A stretch of 61,177 bases of DNA, filler included. It is 3 parts of 3 records of this genome, joined end to end, with 100 filler letters (N's around TTAATTAATTAA, not from the genome) between each part and the next. Parts side by side here need not be neighbours in the genome. Positions count along the whole stretch, not along the records: positions 1 to 26,741 come from SRR20825019_421; 2 more parts are not named here. One strand, written 5' to 3'. A program made the translations under genes and the position numbers. Position 1 is the stretch's first letter; each line of letters opens with the position of its first letter. Shown in pieces: positions 9,434 to 18,312 of this stretch. The notes under the pieces were generated by a model. The model was not told the DNA's origin and searched no databases. It was given only the letters and a program-made list of their open reading frames with translations.

Positions 9434-11089
9434 TCAGGCGCATTCCACGCCAGGTTTGCGGTTGCGCAACTCGTCGACCAGCACACGCGTATTCTCGGAA
9501 TAGTCGATCGGCACATCGACCAGATGCACACCGCCGCCGACAAAAGCAGCTTCGAGCGTGGGCACAAGATCCTCGATAGCCGTCACGCGCGAACCCCTGG
9601 CGCCATAGGCTTCTGCATAGCGCACGAAGTCGGGATTGCCGAAGCTCATGCCGAAGTCCGGAAAGCCGTCGACCGCCTGCTTCCAGCGGATCATGCCATA
9701 GGCGCTGTCGTTGAGGATGACGACCACGAGGTTCAGCCCGAGCCGCACCGCCGTTTCCATCTCCTGCGAGTTCATCATGAATCCGCCATCGCCGCAGACC
9801 GCCATGACACGGCGATCGGGATTGAGCATCGCCGCCATCATCGCCGAGGGCAGCCCGGCTCCCATTGTGGCAAGCGCATTGTCGAGCAGCAGCGTGTTGG
9901 CGACATGGGTGCGGTAGTTACGCGCAAACCAGATCTTGTACATGCCATTGTCAAGACAGACGATGCCGTCTTCCGGCATGACCTTGCGGACATCGTGGAC
10001 GAGGCGCTGAGGCGTTACGGGGAAACGATCCTCCTCGGCGCGATCATTGATGCGGGCGAGGATGCGCTGGCGCAGATCGAGCATTCCCTCGTCGGGCGTC
10101 AGCTGTCCTTCGAGCCGATCGGCAAGTGCTTCGACTGTGGCGCCGATATCGCCGATCACCTCGACATCCGGGTGGTAGACCTGCTCGACATTGGCCGACT
10201 GGTAACCGACATGAATGACCTTCGGCCCACCGGCGCTCTTCATCAGGAAGGGCGGCTTTTCGACCGTATCGTGGCCGATGGCGATGATCAGGTCGGCGCG
10301 TTCCACCGCTTCGTGCACGTAGTCGCCCTCCGACAGTGCGGCCGTGCCCACGTAAAGGTTCGATCCGCCGGTAACCGCACCCTTGCCCATCTGGGTGTTG
10401 AAGAACGGCAGCCGCGTACGCCTCACGAAGCTCGAAAGCGCCTCGACCAGCGCGGGTCGGTTGCCCGCCGCGCCGATCATGACGAGTGGTCGGCTGGCAC
10501 CGAGAATAACTTCGGCCGCACTGTCGAGCGCTGAGCCCGAAGCGACAGGACGCGCGGAAGTATGGACCGGGATGACGGAGGTGCTTTCCACCTCCTCGCT
10601 CGCGACATCCTCAGGCAATTCCAGATGTACAGGTCCGGGCCGCTCCTCAATCGCGACCCTGAAGGCGTCGCGCACTGTTGACGGTATGGCGGCAGCACTG
10701 ACGATCTGACGCGTCATCTTGGTCAGCGGCTTCATCGAGGCGACGATATCAACGATCTGAAAGCGGGCCTGCTTGGCGCTCATCACCGGCTTCTGGCCGG
10801 TGATGAGGATCATCGGCATCGCGCCGAGGTGTGCATAGGCTGCACCCGTCGAGAAATTGAGCGCCCCGGGTCCGAGCGTGGCCAGGCACACGCCGGGCTT
10901 GCCGGTCAGTCGACCATGCGTCGCCGCCATGAAGGCTGCCGCCTGCTCATGACGGGTCAGGATCAGCTTAATGCTGGAGGTTCGCAGCGATTCCAGGAGG
11001 TCGAGATTCTCCTCGCCTGGCACGCCGAAGATGCGATCTACGCCTTCGTTTTCCAGCGCGGCGACAAAAAGGTCCGATCCTTTCGGCAT
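9434..11089 (-). CDS. ThDP-dependent acetolactate-synthase-like enzyme (possible 2-oxoacid decarboxylase)
   Basis: FGVPGEEN, RHEQAAAFMA, GDGGFMMN...ND ThDP motif; no small subunit gene nearby. Confidence 0.9.
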   Translation of the reverse strand: MPKGSDLFVAALENEGVDRIFGVPGEENLDLLESLRTSSIKLILTRHEQAAAFMAATHGRLTGKPGVCLATLGPGALNFSTGAAYAHLGAMPMILITGQKPVMSAKQARFQIVDIVASMKPLTKMTRQIVSAAAIPSTVRDAFRVAIEERPGPVHLELPEDVASEEVESTSVIPVHTSARPVASGSALDSAAEVILGASRPLVMIGAAGNRPALVEALSSFVRRTRLPFFNTQMGKGAVTGGSNLYVGTAALSEGDYVHEAVERADLIIAIGHDTVEKPPFLMKSAGGPKVIHVGYQSANVEQVYHPDVEVIGDIGATVEALADRLEGQLTPDEGMLDLRQRILARINDRAEEDRFPVTPQRLVHDVRKVMPEDGIVCLDNGMYKIWFARNYRTHVANTLLLDNALATMGAGLPSAMMAAMLNPDRRVMAVCGDGGFMMNSQEMETAVRLGLNLVVVILNDSAYGMIRWKQAVDGFPDFGMSFGNPDFVRYAEAYGARGSRVTAIEDLVPTLEAAFVGGGVHLVDVPIDYSENTRVLVDELRNRKPGVECA

Positions 11090-11200
11090 AGCCTAAACTC
11101 CCAGTTTCAACGTTTGGACTCGGCGTGCCATGAGCCTACACCAGCCAGTGCAATTGCCACCCATCGCCTTTGCATCACAAGATCGGCGCCCCGCTCCGCG

Positions 11201-11485
11201 CTAACCAAACACGATGTCAGAATACTCGGGATGGCGTGCATAGTAGGCGCCCATGAACGGGCATTGCAGCACGACCTTGTCACCACGCGCGCGGATTGCC
11301 TCGAAGACGCCGTGAGCAAGCTGTGAACCAATTCCCTGCCCGGAGAACTGAAATGGCACCTCGGTATGGGTAAGGATAAAGTGGCCATTCTCGGCGCGAT
11401 AATAGGCGGCTGCGATATCGCCGTCGCTTCCATCAATGGGGAGTTCGAAACGATGTTCGGCGGGATTATCGATGACCATGGTCAA
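11201..11485 (-). CDS. small YjdJ-like GNAT acetyltransferase
   Basis: HTEVP...GQGIGSQL...CPF...RHPEY; start may be ATG 11479. Confidence 0.85.
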   Translation of the reverse strand: MTMVIDNPAEHRFELPIDGSDGDIAAAYYRAENGHFILTHTEVPFQFSGQGIGSQLAHGVFEAIRARGDKVVLQCPFMGAYYARHPEYSDIVFG

Positions 11486-12577
11486 TTAGTTTCTCCCGGT
11501 CTGTGGCTCGTCGGCACCTTGCGGGATGAGAGACGTATGCGGCGTCTTGTGAGCCGCCCGGACAATTGGCGCGACTTCCGTGCCGAGAAGCTCAATCGAA
11601 CGCTTCATCGCAGACGTTTCGAGCGAGGCCGTGCTCATCTGGAAGGTGATGCGTGCAACGCCGCCAAGCGCTTCGCTTGCCTTTAGCATCTTGGCTGCTA
11701 CCGTCTCGGGATCGCCGATCAGGAATGCGCCTTCGGGGCTGGCCATCGCCTCGAACTGCTGGCGCGTTGGCATCGACCACCCGCGTTCGCGTCCGATGGT
11801 CCCGGTCAGATGCGCCCAGCCGGGAAAGAAAGCATCCTTGGCCCCGGCGTCCGTCTCGCCGACGAAACCCATAGCGTGCACACCCATAGCAAGTTTCTCC
11901 GCAGCATGCCCGGCGCGTCGGCCAGCCTCGCGATAGAGATCAACGAGTGGTCGAAAACGCTCAAACGTTCCGCCGATAATGGCAACCATCAGTGGAAGGC
12001 CGAGTTCCCCCGCGCGCTCGAAGGACCGCGGCGTGCCGCCGACGCCGACCCACAGCGGCAGTCGCGGCTGGTGGGGACGCGGGTAGACGCCCTCGCCGCG
12101 AAGTGCGGGACGATAACGCCCCGACCAGGAAATATTGGTTTCCTCACGAAGTTTCAGGAACAGGTCGAGCTTTTCGGCGAAGAGCTGGTCATAGGCATTG
12201 GTATCGAGGCCGAACAGCGGAAAGGCCTCTACGAACGAGCCGCGCCCGACGACGATTTCGGCGCGCCCCTTGGAAATCAAATCGAGCGTCGCGAACTCCT
12301 GAAAAACCCGCACCGGATCAGCGGCGCTCAGCACCGTCACAGCGCTCGTCAGGCGGATATTCCTGGTCCGGGCCGCCGCAGCCGAAAGAATGATGGCCGG
12401 TGCGGAATCAAGGAATTCTGCCCGATGGTGTTCTCCGATCCCGAAGACATCGAGCCCGACACGGTCGGCGACCTCAATCTCCTGCAAAAGATCCGCCATG
12501 CGATCGGTTGCCGAGGGAAGCTGCCCCGTCGACGGGTCGGGTAAGATGGCTGCAAAACTGTCGACGCCTATTTCCAT
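11486..12577 (-). CDS. luciferase-like (LLM) flavin-dependent monooxygenase
   Basis: MEIGVDSF, FGIGEHHR, LTSAVTVLSAADPVRVFQEFATLD, GRGSF. Confidence 0.92.
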   Translation of the reverse strand: MEIGVDSFAAILPDPSTGQLPSATDRMADLLQEIEVADRVGLDVFGIGEHHRAEFLDSAPAIILSAAAARTRNIRLTSAVTVLSAADPVRVFQEFATLDLISKGRAEIVVGRGSFVEAFPLFGLDTNAYDQLFAEKLDLFLKLREETNISWSGRYRPALRGEGVYPRPHQPRLPLWVGVGGTPRSFERAGELGLPLMVAIIGGTFERFRPLVDLYREAGRRAGHAAEKLAMGVHAMGFVGETDAGAKDAFFPGWAHLTGTIGRERGWSMPTRQQFEAMASPEGAFLIGDPETVAAKMLKASEALGGVARITFQMSTASLETSAMKRSIELLGTEVAPIVRAAHKTPHTSLIPQGADEPQTGRN

Positions 12578-12905
12578 GATGGATTCTCGCAAGATTTTTG
12601 TCGATCCATGCGGACCGCGCTGGGTTGGCACACGGCCAGGCCGCTCGGATCAAAACTGTCGGACACCTCTGTCCGATCAGGAACTAGTCTAAGCTCGAAG
12701 ATACCGCGGTGCAGTATCTGCCCGTTCGGTGCCACTCTTGCGCCCATTTTCTTCCTTGGTTGCACCGTGGCTTGAGTTGGTTCGGTTTCTTGGAGACGGT
12801 GCGACTGAAGCGAACGCATGGCGGACGGAATGTGCGACGCCAGTTGATTATCAACTAGAAGATGGCATCTCTTTCGGCGAGACGATAGAGCGCGTTCCTG
12901 CCACT

Positions 12906-12927
12906 CTGTGTTGCGAAACGGGGAACG
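12906..12927. promoter_or_regulatory. candidate LysR operator, copy 1 (GTT-N11-AAC)
   Basis: CTGTGTTGCGAAACGGGGAACG; 20/22 identical to the reverse complement of 13852-13873. Confidence 0.65.
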
Positions 12928-12931
12928 ATGG

Positions 12932-13894
12932 ATGGAATTAGACGACCTTCGGACATTTGTTGAAGTGGCCGATGCCGGGGGCGTATCGGCTGCCGCCCGC
13001 CGGCTCGGGGTATCCAAGTCGATGGTCAGCCGCCGGCTCTTCCGGCTCGAGGCGGAACTTGGCGTCCAGCTTCTTGCCCGAACCACTCGGGGCGCCGCCC
13101 TCACAGAAGCCGGGATTGCGTTTAGAGATCATGCTGCAAGAGTGGGCGCCGAAATCGATGCCGCGCGGGAAACCCTCCAGCCCAGCGGCGACCTAACCGG
13201 CCGCCTGCGTGTCGCCATGCCCCTTACATTCGGTCCGACGCTTCTCGCGCCGGTGCTGGCGGAACTGGCGCGCCACCACCCAAGACTTCACATCCACTCA
13301 TCCTATAGCGACCGCTTTGTCGATCTTATCGCCGAGGGTTTCGATTGCGCGATCCGGGTGGGCTATCTCCAGGATTCCAATCTTGTCGCGCGACGTGTGG
13401 GCAACCTTCATGGGAAGTTGCTCGCCAGCCCTGACTACATAAACGCTCATGGTGCCCCGGAGACGCCGGAAGAGATCGTCCTGCACCAGGCCCTGATGCA
13501 GGGTACGGAATCCTGGCAGTTCATGGATGGCGACAAGGTTGTCACCATCAATCCGCAAGGACGCTACAAGGCCGATAACGGCATCGCGCTCGCCGCCGCT
13601 GCCGCCGCAGGGCTGGGGGTCGCATGGCTGCCTGACTGCGTCACCGGCCCTTATGTTGCATCGGGCGCGCTTGTTCCAATCATGACACGCTACCCGGTGC
13701 CTTCGGCGGGGGTTTTCGTCATTCGTCCGCCAGGGCAGCACCCCTCGCGAAAGGTGCGGATATTGACCGAGTTGCTGGTCGTGAGCCTTGGGGGAAAGTC
13801 GGCGCCTGGCGGCCGCCAAGCGCCAGAGATGGATTTGCGCGATGGCATTGACGTTCCGCTTTTCGCAACACAGCTCGGCGGATCACGGGTCTAG
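12932..13894 (+). CDS. LysR-family transcriptional regulator
   Basis: LRTFVEVADAGGVSAAARRLGVSKSMVSRR HTH, RTTR, DLIAEGFDCAIRVG. Confidence 0.92.
   Translation: MELDDLRTFVEVADAGGVSAAARRLGVSKSMVSRRLFRLEAELGVQLLARTTRGAALTEAGIAFRDHAARVGAEIDAARETLQPSGDLTGRLRVAMPLTFGPTLLAPVLAELARHHPRLHIHSSYSDRFVDLIAEGFDCAIRVGYLQDSNLVARRVGNLHGKLLASPDYINAHGAPETPEEIVLHQALMQGTESWQFMDGDKVVTINPQGRYKADNGIALAAAAAAGLGVAWLPDCVTGPYVASGALVPIMTRYPVPSAGVFVIRPPGQHPSRKVRILTELLVVSLGGKSAPGGRQAPEMDLRDGIDVPLFATQLGGSRV
13852..13873. promoter_or_regulatory. candidate LysR operator, copy 2
   Basis: CGTTCCGCTTTTCGCAACACAG, about 90 bp upstream of pirin, inside the 3' tail of lysR. Confidence 0.65.
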
Positions 13895-13965
13895 CTGCAG
13901 GGCTGACCGCCAGATACCACAATCATTGGGTCGGATCGGACCATCGGGCAGGAAGGGATATGTGC

Positions 13966-14901
13966 ATGAGCTGGAACCCATCAATCGAACCAGGCTGTCC
14001 TGATGACGTGGGTATTGATGCGATCGAAACCCTGATCGTTCCGCGGTCCCGAGACCTTGGCGATTTCCAGGTCCGACGTGCGCTGCCGGCACCGAAGCGG
14101 CAGATGGTCGGGCCGTTTATCTTCTTCGATCAGGCCGGACCGGCAGAGTTGCTGACTGGGCAGGGGGTCGACGTTCGGCCGCATCCGCATGTCGGCCTGG
14201 GCACGGTGACCTATTTGTTCAAAGGTGACTTCCATCACCGCGACAGCACCGGCGCCGATCAGATCATCCGTCCCGGAGCGCTGAACTGGATGGTCGCCGG
14301 GCGCGGCGTCACCCATTCGGAGCGCACGTCCGCGACGGCCCGAAGCGGTCCGAACAGCCTGTTCGGGATCCAGACCTGGCTGGCCTTGCCGGACAGCCAT
14401 GAAGACGTGGTGCCCAGCTTCGAACATCATAGCAAGGAAGCACTGCCCGTAATCGAGGACAGTGGCGTTTCGGTTCGTTTGATCCTCGGCAATGCCTACG
14501 GAAAAGTCGCGCCCGCGACGATGCTCTCGGAGACATTCTACGCCGATGTCAGCCTTGAGCCTGGCAGTCGCCTGCCGATGCCGGACAACCACGAGGACCG
14601 CGGCATCTATATCGTCGAAGGTTCGATTTCGGTTGCTGGCCAGGACTTCGAGGCTTCGCAGATGATGGTGTTTAGACCGGGCGACCGAATTACGGTCGCC
14701 GCCGGAGAACGGGGTGCACGGCTGATGATCCTGGGCGGCGCGACCTTTAACGGGCCGCGCTACATCTGGTGGAACTTCGTCGCCTCGTCGCAGGAGCGGA
14801 TCGAACAGGCCAAGGCTGAATGGCGCGCCGCGAACTGGGGCACGGGACGCTTCGACCTACCTGTCGACGACCGGGATGAACACATTCCCCTCCCCGAATG
14901 A
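13966..14901 (+). CDS. pirin family protein
   Basis: GPFIFFD, PHPHVGL, WMVAGRGVTHSE metal-binding motifs, WWNFV. Confidence 0.93.
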   Translation: MSWNPSIEPGCPDDVGIDAIETLIVPRSRDLGDFQVRRALPAPKRQMVGPFIFFDQAGPAELLTGQGVDVRPHPHVGLGTVTYLFKGDFHHRDSTGADQIIRPGALNWMVAGRGVTHSERTSATARSGPNSLFGIQTWLALPDSHEDVVPSFEHHSKEALPVIEDSGVSVRLILGNAYGKVAPATMLSETFYADVSLEPGSRLPMPDNHEDRGIYIVEGSISVAGQDFEASQMMVFRPGDRITVAAGERGARLMILGGATFNGPRYIWWNFVASSQERIEQAKAEWRAANWGTGRFDLPVDDRDEHIPLPE

Positions 14902-14926
14902 CACTTGCCAGCCTGGAGAACCGCAA

Positions 14927-16174
14927 ATGAGTACCTGGCCCCATCTCAACTACCTCGGCTGGCGTGAGACCTGTTCGGCGCTGCATCTCTATCTCCAGAT
15001 CGCCGGCAAATACCGGCTGGCACACACGCCCTGGCTCAACCACTCCTGGAATGCGACCTTCTACGTCACGCCGCAGGGGCTGGCGTCTTCGCCCATACCC
15101 GACGGGCCGGGAATCGAAATCCTATTCGACCTGCTTAAGCACAGGGTGGTGGGGACCTGCGGCAATGGTCGCAGCAAGTCCTTCGACCTTGAGCCGATGA
15201 CGGTCTCGGCATTCCACGCCAAATTCGTGACGCTGATTTCCGATCTCGGTGGTACGCCGACCTTCAACGGTAGTCCCAACGAGGTCCCGTTTCCGGTTCC
15301 TTTCGTCGAGGATGATCGCGACCGGCCCTATGACCGGGAAGCCGTGCGGCGCTACCACCAGGCCCTGATTTCGGTCGACAAAGTCTTCAACCGGTTCCGC
15401 ACCTCATTTCTCGGCAAGGCCAGTCCGGTTCATCTGTTCTGGGGAGCACTGGATCTGGCTGTCACCCGATTCTCGGGGCGTCGTGCGCCGCTCCACCCCG
15501 CCGGAATCCCGGCCTTGCCTGACGACATTGCGCAAGAGGCCTATGACCGCGAGGTGTCTTCGGCGGGCTTCTGGCCGGGCGGCAACGGCATAGATTATCC
15601 GGCCTTTTATGCCTACGCCTACCCAGTGCCCGGGGGCTACCGTGCCGCCACTGTAAAGCCGGACGCCGCGTTCTGGCACGAGGACCTTGCGGAATTCGTG
15701 CTCCCCTACGATGCCGTCCAGTCCTCGTCCGATCCCGACGCGGCCCTCATGGCGTTCCTCATATCGACTTACGAGGCCGCTGCCGAACTGGGCGGGTGGG
15801 ACCGCGACCTGCTCGAATGCGCCCATGGTCAGCCGCGACGAGTGCGCCCGCCAGACGCCGCGCAGGCCAAGGTTGTGCCTCCACCGGACGCCGAAGCGGT
15901 CGAGCGGGAAGACGGAACGCCTAAGGGCCGCTACCGTCTGATCATTGATGGCGTTGAGGCCGAGATGACCTATAGCCGGGCAGGCGATGGTCTCATCATC
16001 ATTGATCACACCGAAGTGCCCGCAGCGTTGCGCGGCCGCAAGGTTGGCGAGCGATTGGTGCGCCAGGCGATTGAGGACGCCCGCCGCGACGGTATCACCA
16101 TCATGCCGCTTTGCCCGTTCGCGAAAGCGCAGATTGACCGCCATCCGGAATGGCAGGACGTGGTGCAGCGGTGA
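14927..16174 (+). CDS. DUF5996-family protein fused to a C-terminal YjdJ-like GNAT domain
   Basis: LHLYLQIAGK...SPVHLFWGALDLAVTRFSGR...SSAGFWPG...FYAYAYP, a linker, then HTEVPAALRGRKVG...CPF; GGAG RBS. Confidence 0.82.
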   Translation: MSTWPHLNYLGWRETCSALHLYLQIAGKYRLAHTPWLNHSWNATFYVTPQGLASSPIPDGPGIEILFDLLKHRVVGTCGNGRSKSFDLEPMTVSAFHAKFVTLISDLGGTPTFNGSPNEVPFPVPFVEDDRDRPYDREAVRRYHQALISVDKVFNRFRTSFLGKASPVHLFWGALDLAVTRFSGRRAPLHPAGIPALPDDIAQEAYDREVSSAGFWPGGNGIDYPAFYAYAYPVPGGYRAATVKPDAAFWHEDLAEFVLPYDAVQSSSDPDAALMAFLISTYEAAAELGGWDRDLLECAHGQPRRVRPPDAAQAKVVPPPDAEAVEREDGTPKGRYRLIIDGVEAEMTYSRAGDGLIIIDHTEVPAALRGRKVGERLVRQAIEDARRDGITIMPLCPFAKAQIDRHPEWQDVVQR

Positions 16175-16264
16175 TGGGAGGCCGGTGGCGGAATTTCACT
16201 TCCTTCACTGCCACCTGGAGTGCGAGAGCGAACAGCAGGAACGATTAACGACGGGAGCGATGAC

Positions 16265-16504
16265 ATGAGCGATTTGACCTATCAGATTGTCGAACATGAT
16301 GGCGGCTGGGCCTATCGGGTAGATGGAACCTATTCCGAGACTTTTTCGAGCCATGATGCGGCTTTCGGTGCGGCGCGGCGTGCGGCTTGCAAGCAATTGC
16401 GGCCGGGAGAGACCACGGGCATTGTCTGGGAAGACACGACCGGTCATTGGCATGCGGAACTCTCGCGCGCCAGCGACAGGCCTCAAACACATGTCATCGG
16501 CTGA
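16265..16504 (+). CDS. DUF2188-like small protein
   Basis: YQIVEHDGGWAYRVDGTYSETF...WEDTTGHWHAE; GGAG RBS. Confidence 0.7.
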   Translation: MSDLTYQIVEHDGGWAYRVDGTYSETFSSHDAAFGAARRAACKQLRPGETTGIVWEDTTGHWHAELSRASDRPQTHVIG

Positions 16505-16832
16505 TCGCACTGCGGTCATGGTGCATATTCGATGACGCCCACATGCCTGCGCCTGGTGCAGATCTTCACCAGGCGGACGGCTGGCCGCTGATACTGGTCG
16601 AAATGGCCGGGGACGAAAGTAAGATGCGGGCAAAGGTCGTACGTCCGGCGCCTGGACATGTTGCCACGCGCTCCGAAGGCCTTGGCTTCGGGACGCGGCG
16701 AGAACGGCCCCACCGCCAACGGCCATGGCCCTGCCGCGCAGTTCCAGGTTCCGTACGTGATCCGCTTGTCAACGGCATTGCCGAGGTGGCACAGCAAGGC
16801 ATGGCGAACGGAAACTGGGTAGATCGGACGGC

Positions 16833-17477
16833 ATGACGACAGCACTTCTCATCGATGGTCCATCGGACGCTGCGGTGACCGTTTTGCTGGCACATGGTGC
16901 GGGTGCGCCGATGGATTCAGCATCGATGACGGCGGCAGCCATGGCGCTGGCTGCAGAGGGCTTGCGCGTCGTGCGGTTCGAGTTTGCCTATATGGCGGCA
17001 CGGCGAAGCGGGGAAGGTCGCAGGCCGCCGCCCAAGGCCGAAAAGCTGATCGGGGAATATCTGGCGGTGGTGGATCAGCTGGCGCAGAGCGGCGGGCATC
17101 TGGTTATCGGCGGCAAATCCATGGGCGGTCGGGTGGCCAGCATGGTGGCGGACGAACTGTTCGCGGAAGGGCGCATTGCAGGCCTCATCTGCCTTGGCTA
17201 TCCATTTCATCCACCGGGCAAGCCGACGCAGCTACGGACCGCGCATCTCAAGGGATTGCGAGCCCCTGCCCTGATCGTTCAGGGCACGCGGGACGAATTC
17301 GGCACTCGCGACGAGGTGCCGGGCTATGGCCTGTCTTCGCCCATCGAACTGCTCTGGCTTGAGGACGGGGATCACGACCTCAAGCCACGCAAGACCGTTT
17401 CCGGATTTTCGGCTGCGGATCATTTGCAGAGCATGGCCAAGGCAACGTCGGAGTGGGTCGCGCGGGTGGCCGGATAG
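16833..17477 (+). CDS. alpha/beta-fold hydrolase
   Basis: LLAHGAGAPMDS, GGKSMGGR, LGYPFHPPGK, DGDH. Confidence 0.88.
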   Translation: MTTALLIDGPSDAAVTVLLAHGAGAPMDSASMTAAAMALAAEGLRVVRFEFAYMAARRSGEGRRPPPKAEKLIGEYLAVVDQLAQSGGHLVIGGKSMGGRVASMVADELFAEGRIAGLICLGYPFHPPGKPTQLRTAHLKGLRAPALIVQGTRDEFGTRDEVPGYGLSSPIELLWLEDGDHDLKPRKTVSGFSAADHLQSMAKATSEWVARVAG

Positions 17478-17482
17478 CGGGA

Positions 17483-18295
17483 TCAGGCCATGGCCTTGTC
17501 GGAATGGTGCCGGCCGATGGGCACGATCATGGGCGTGTTGGAGACCGGATCGACCACCACGCGCGACGTCATGCCGAAGACATCCTTGACCACTGTTTCA
17601 GTGACCACATCGACCGGGCGGCCCTCTGCGACGATCCTGCCGGCCTTCATGGCCACGATGTGGTCGGCATAGCGGCAGGCCAGGTTCAAATCGTGCAGGA
17701 CAACGACGACGGTGCGGCCGCGATGCTGAACGAGATCGGTGAGCAGATCGAGCACTTCGACCTGGTGATTGATATCGAGGAATGTGGTGGGTTCGTCGAG
17801 TAAAAGGAGATCGGTTTCCTGCGCCAGAGCCATGGCGATCCAGACGCGCTGGCGCTGGCCGCCGGAGAGCTCATCGACGGGGCGATCGGCCAGTTCGGCG
17901 GTGTCGGTGGCGGCGAGCGCCTCGGCGACCGCGATATCATCCTCGGGCGTCCAGCGGCGGAACCAGCCCTGGTGGGGATAGCGGCCCCGGCCGACCAGGT
18001 CGGTGACCGAAATGGCATCAGGGGCGATGGGGCTTTGCGGCAGCACGCCGAGTATGGTCGCCACCTCGCGGGTCGGCATCTGGTGAATCGGCTTGCCATC
18101 GAGATAGACCGCGCCGCGGGTCGGGGTCAGCAGTCGGGCGAGACCGCGCAGCAGGGTGGACTTGCCGCAGGCATTGGCGCCGACGATCACAGTCAGCTTG
18201 CCGGGCGGCAGGGTCAGGTCGAGCGCCGAGACGATCTGGCGTTCGCCATAGGCGAGATCAAGACCGGCGGCGAGGAGCTGGTGATTTGCGGACAT
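17483..18295 (-). CDS. iron-siderophore ABC transporter ATPase (FepC/FhuC-like)
   Basis: GANACGKST Walker A, LSGGQRQRVWIAM, LLLDEPTT. Confidence 0.93.
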   Translation of the reverse strand: MSANHQLLAAGLDLAYGERQIVSALDLTLPPGKLTVIVGANACGKSTLLRGLARLLTPTRGAVYLDGKPIHQMPTREVATILGVLPQSPIAPDAISVTDLVGRGRYPHQGWFRRWTPEDDIAVAEALAATDTAELADRPVDELSGGQRQRVWIAMALAQETDLLLLDEPTTFLDINHQVEVLDLLTDLVQHRGRTVVVVLHDLNLACRYADHIVAMKAGRIVAEGRPVDVVTETVVKDVFGMTSRVVVDPVSNTPMIVPIGRHHSDKAMA

Positions 18296-18312
18296 GACCG
18301 TTTCTCGTAAAC

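Noticed and set aside
9311-10534. Long antisense ORFs (also 5079-5957, 18403-19521, 20076-21380, 22201-23601, 23632-24777)
   Set aside because: They lie opposite well-supported genes; expected from high-GC codon bias
12841-12858. AGTTGAT-T-ATCAACT as an FNR/FixK box
   Set aside because: Spacer is 1 nt rather than the 4 nt of TTGAT-N4-ATCAA; left unassigned
12906-13873. Inverted repeats read as transposon ends around lysR
   Set aside because: No transposase or target duplication seen; the T-N11-A dyad and position upstream of both operons fit operators better
16505-16832. Overlapping short ORFs
   Set aside because: No recognisable motif or RBS in any frame; at most a gene remnant
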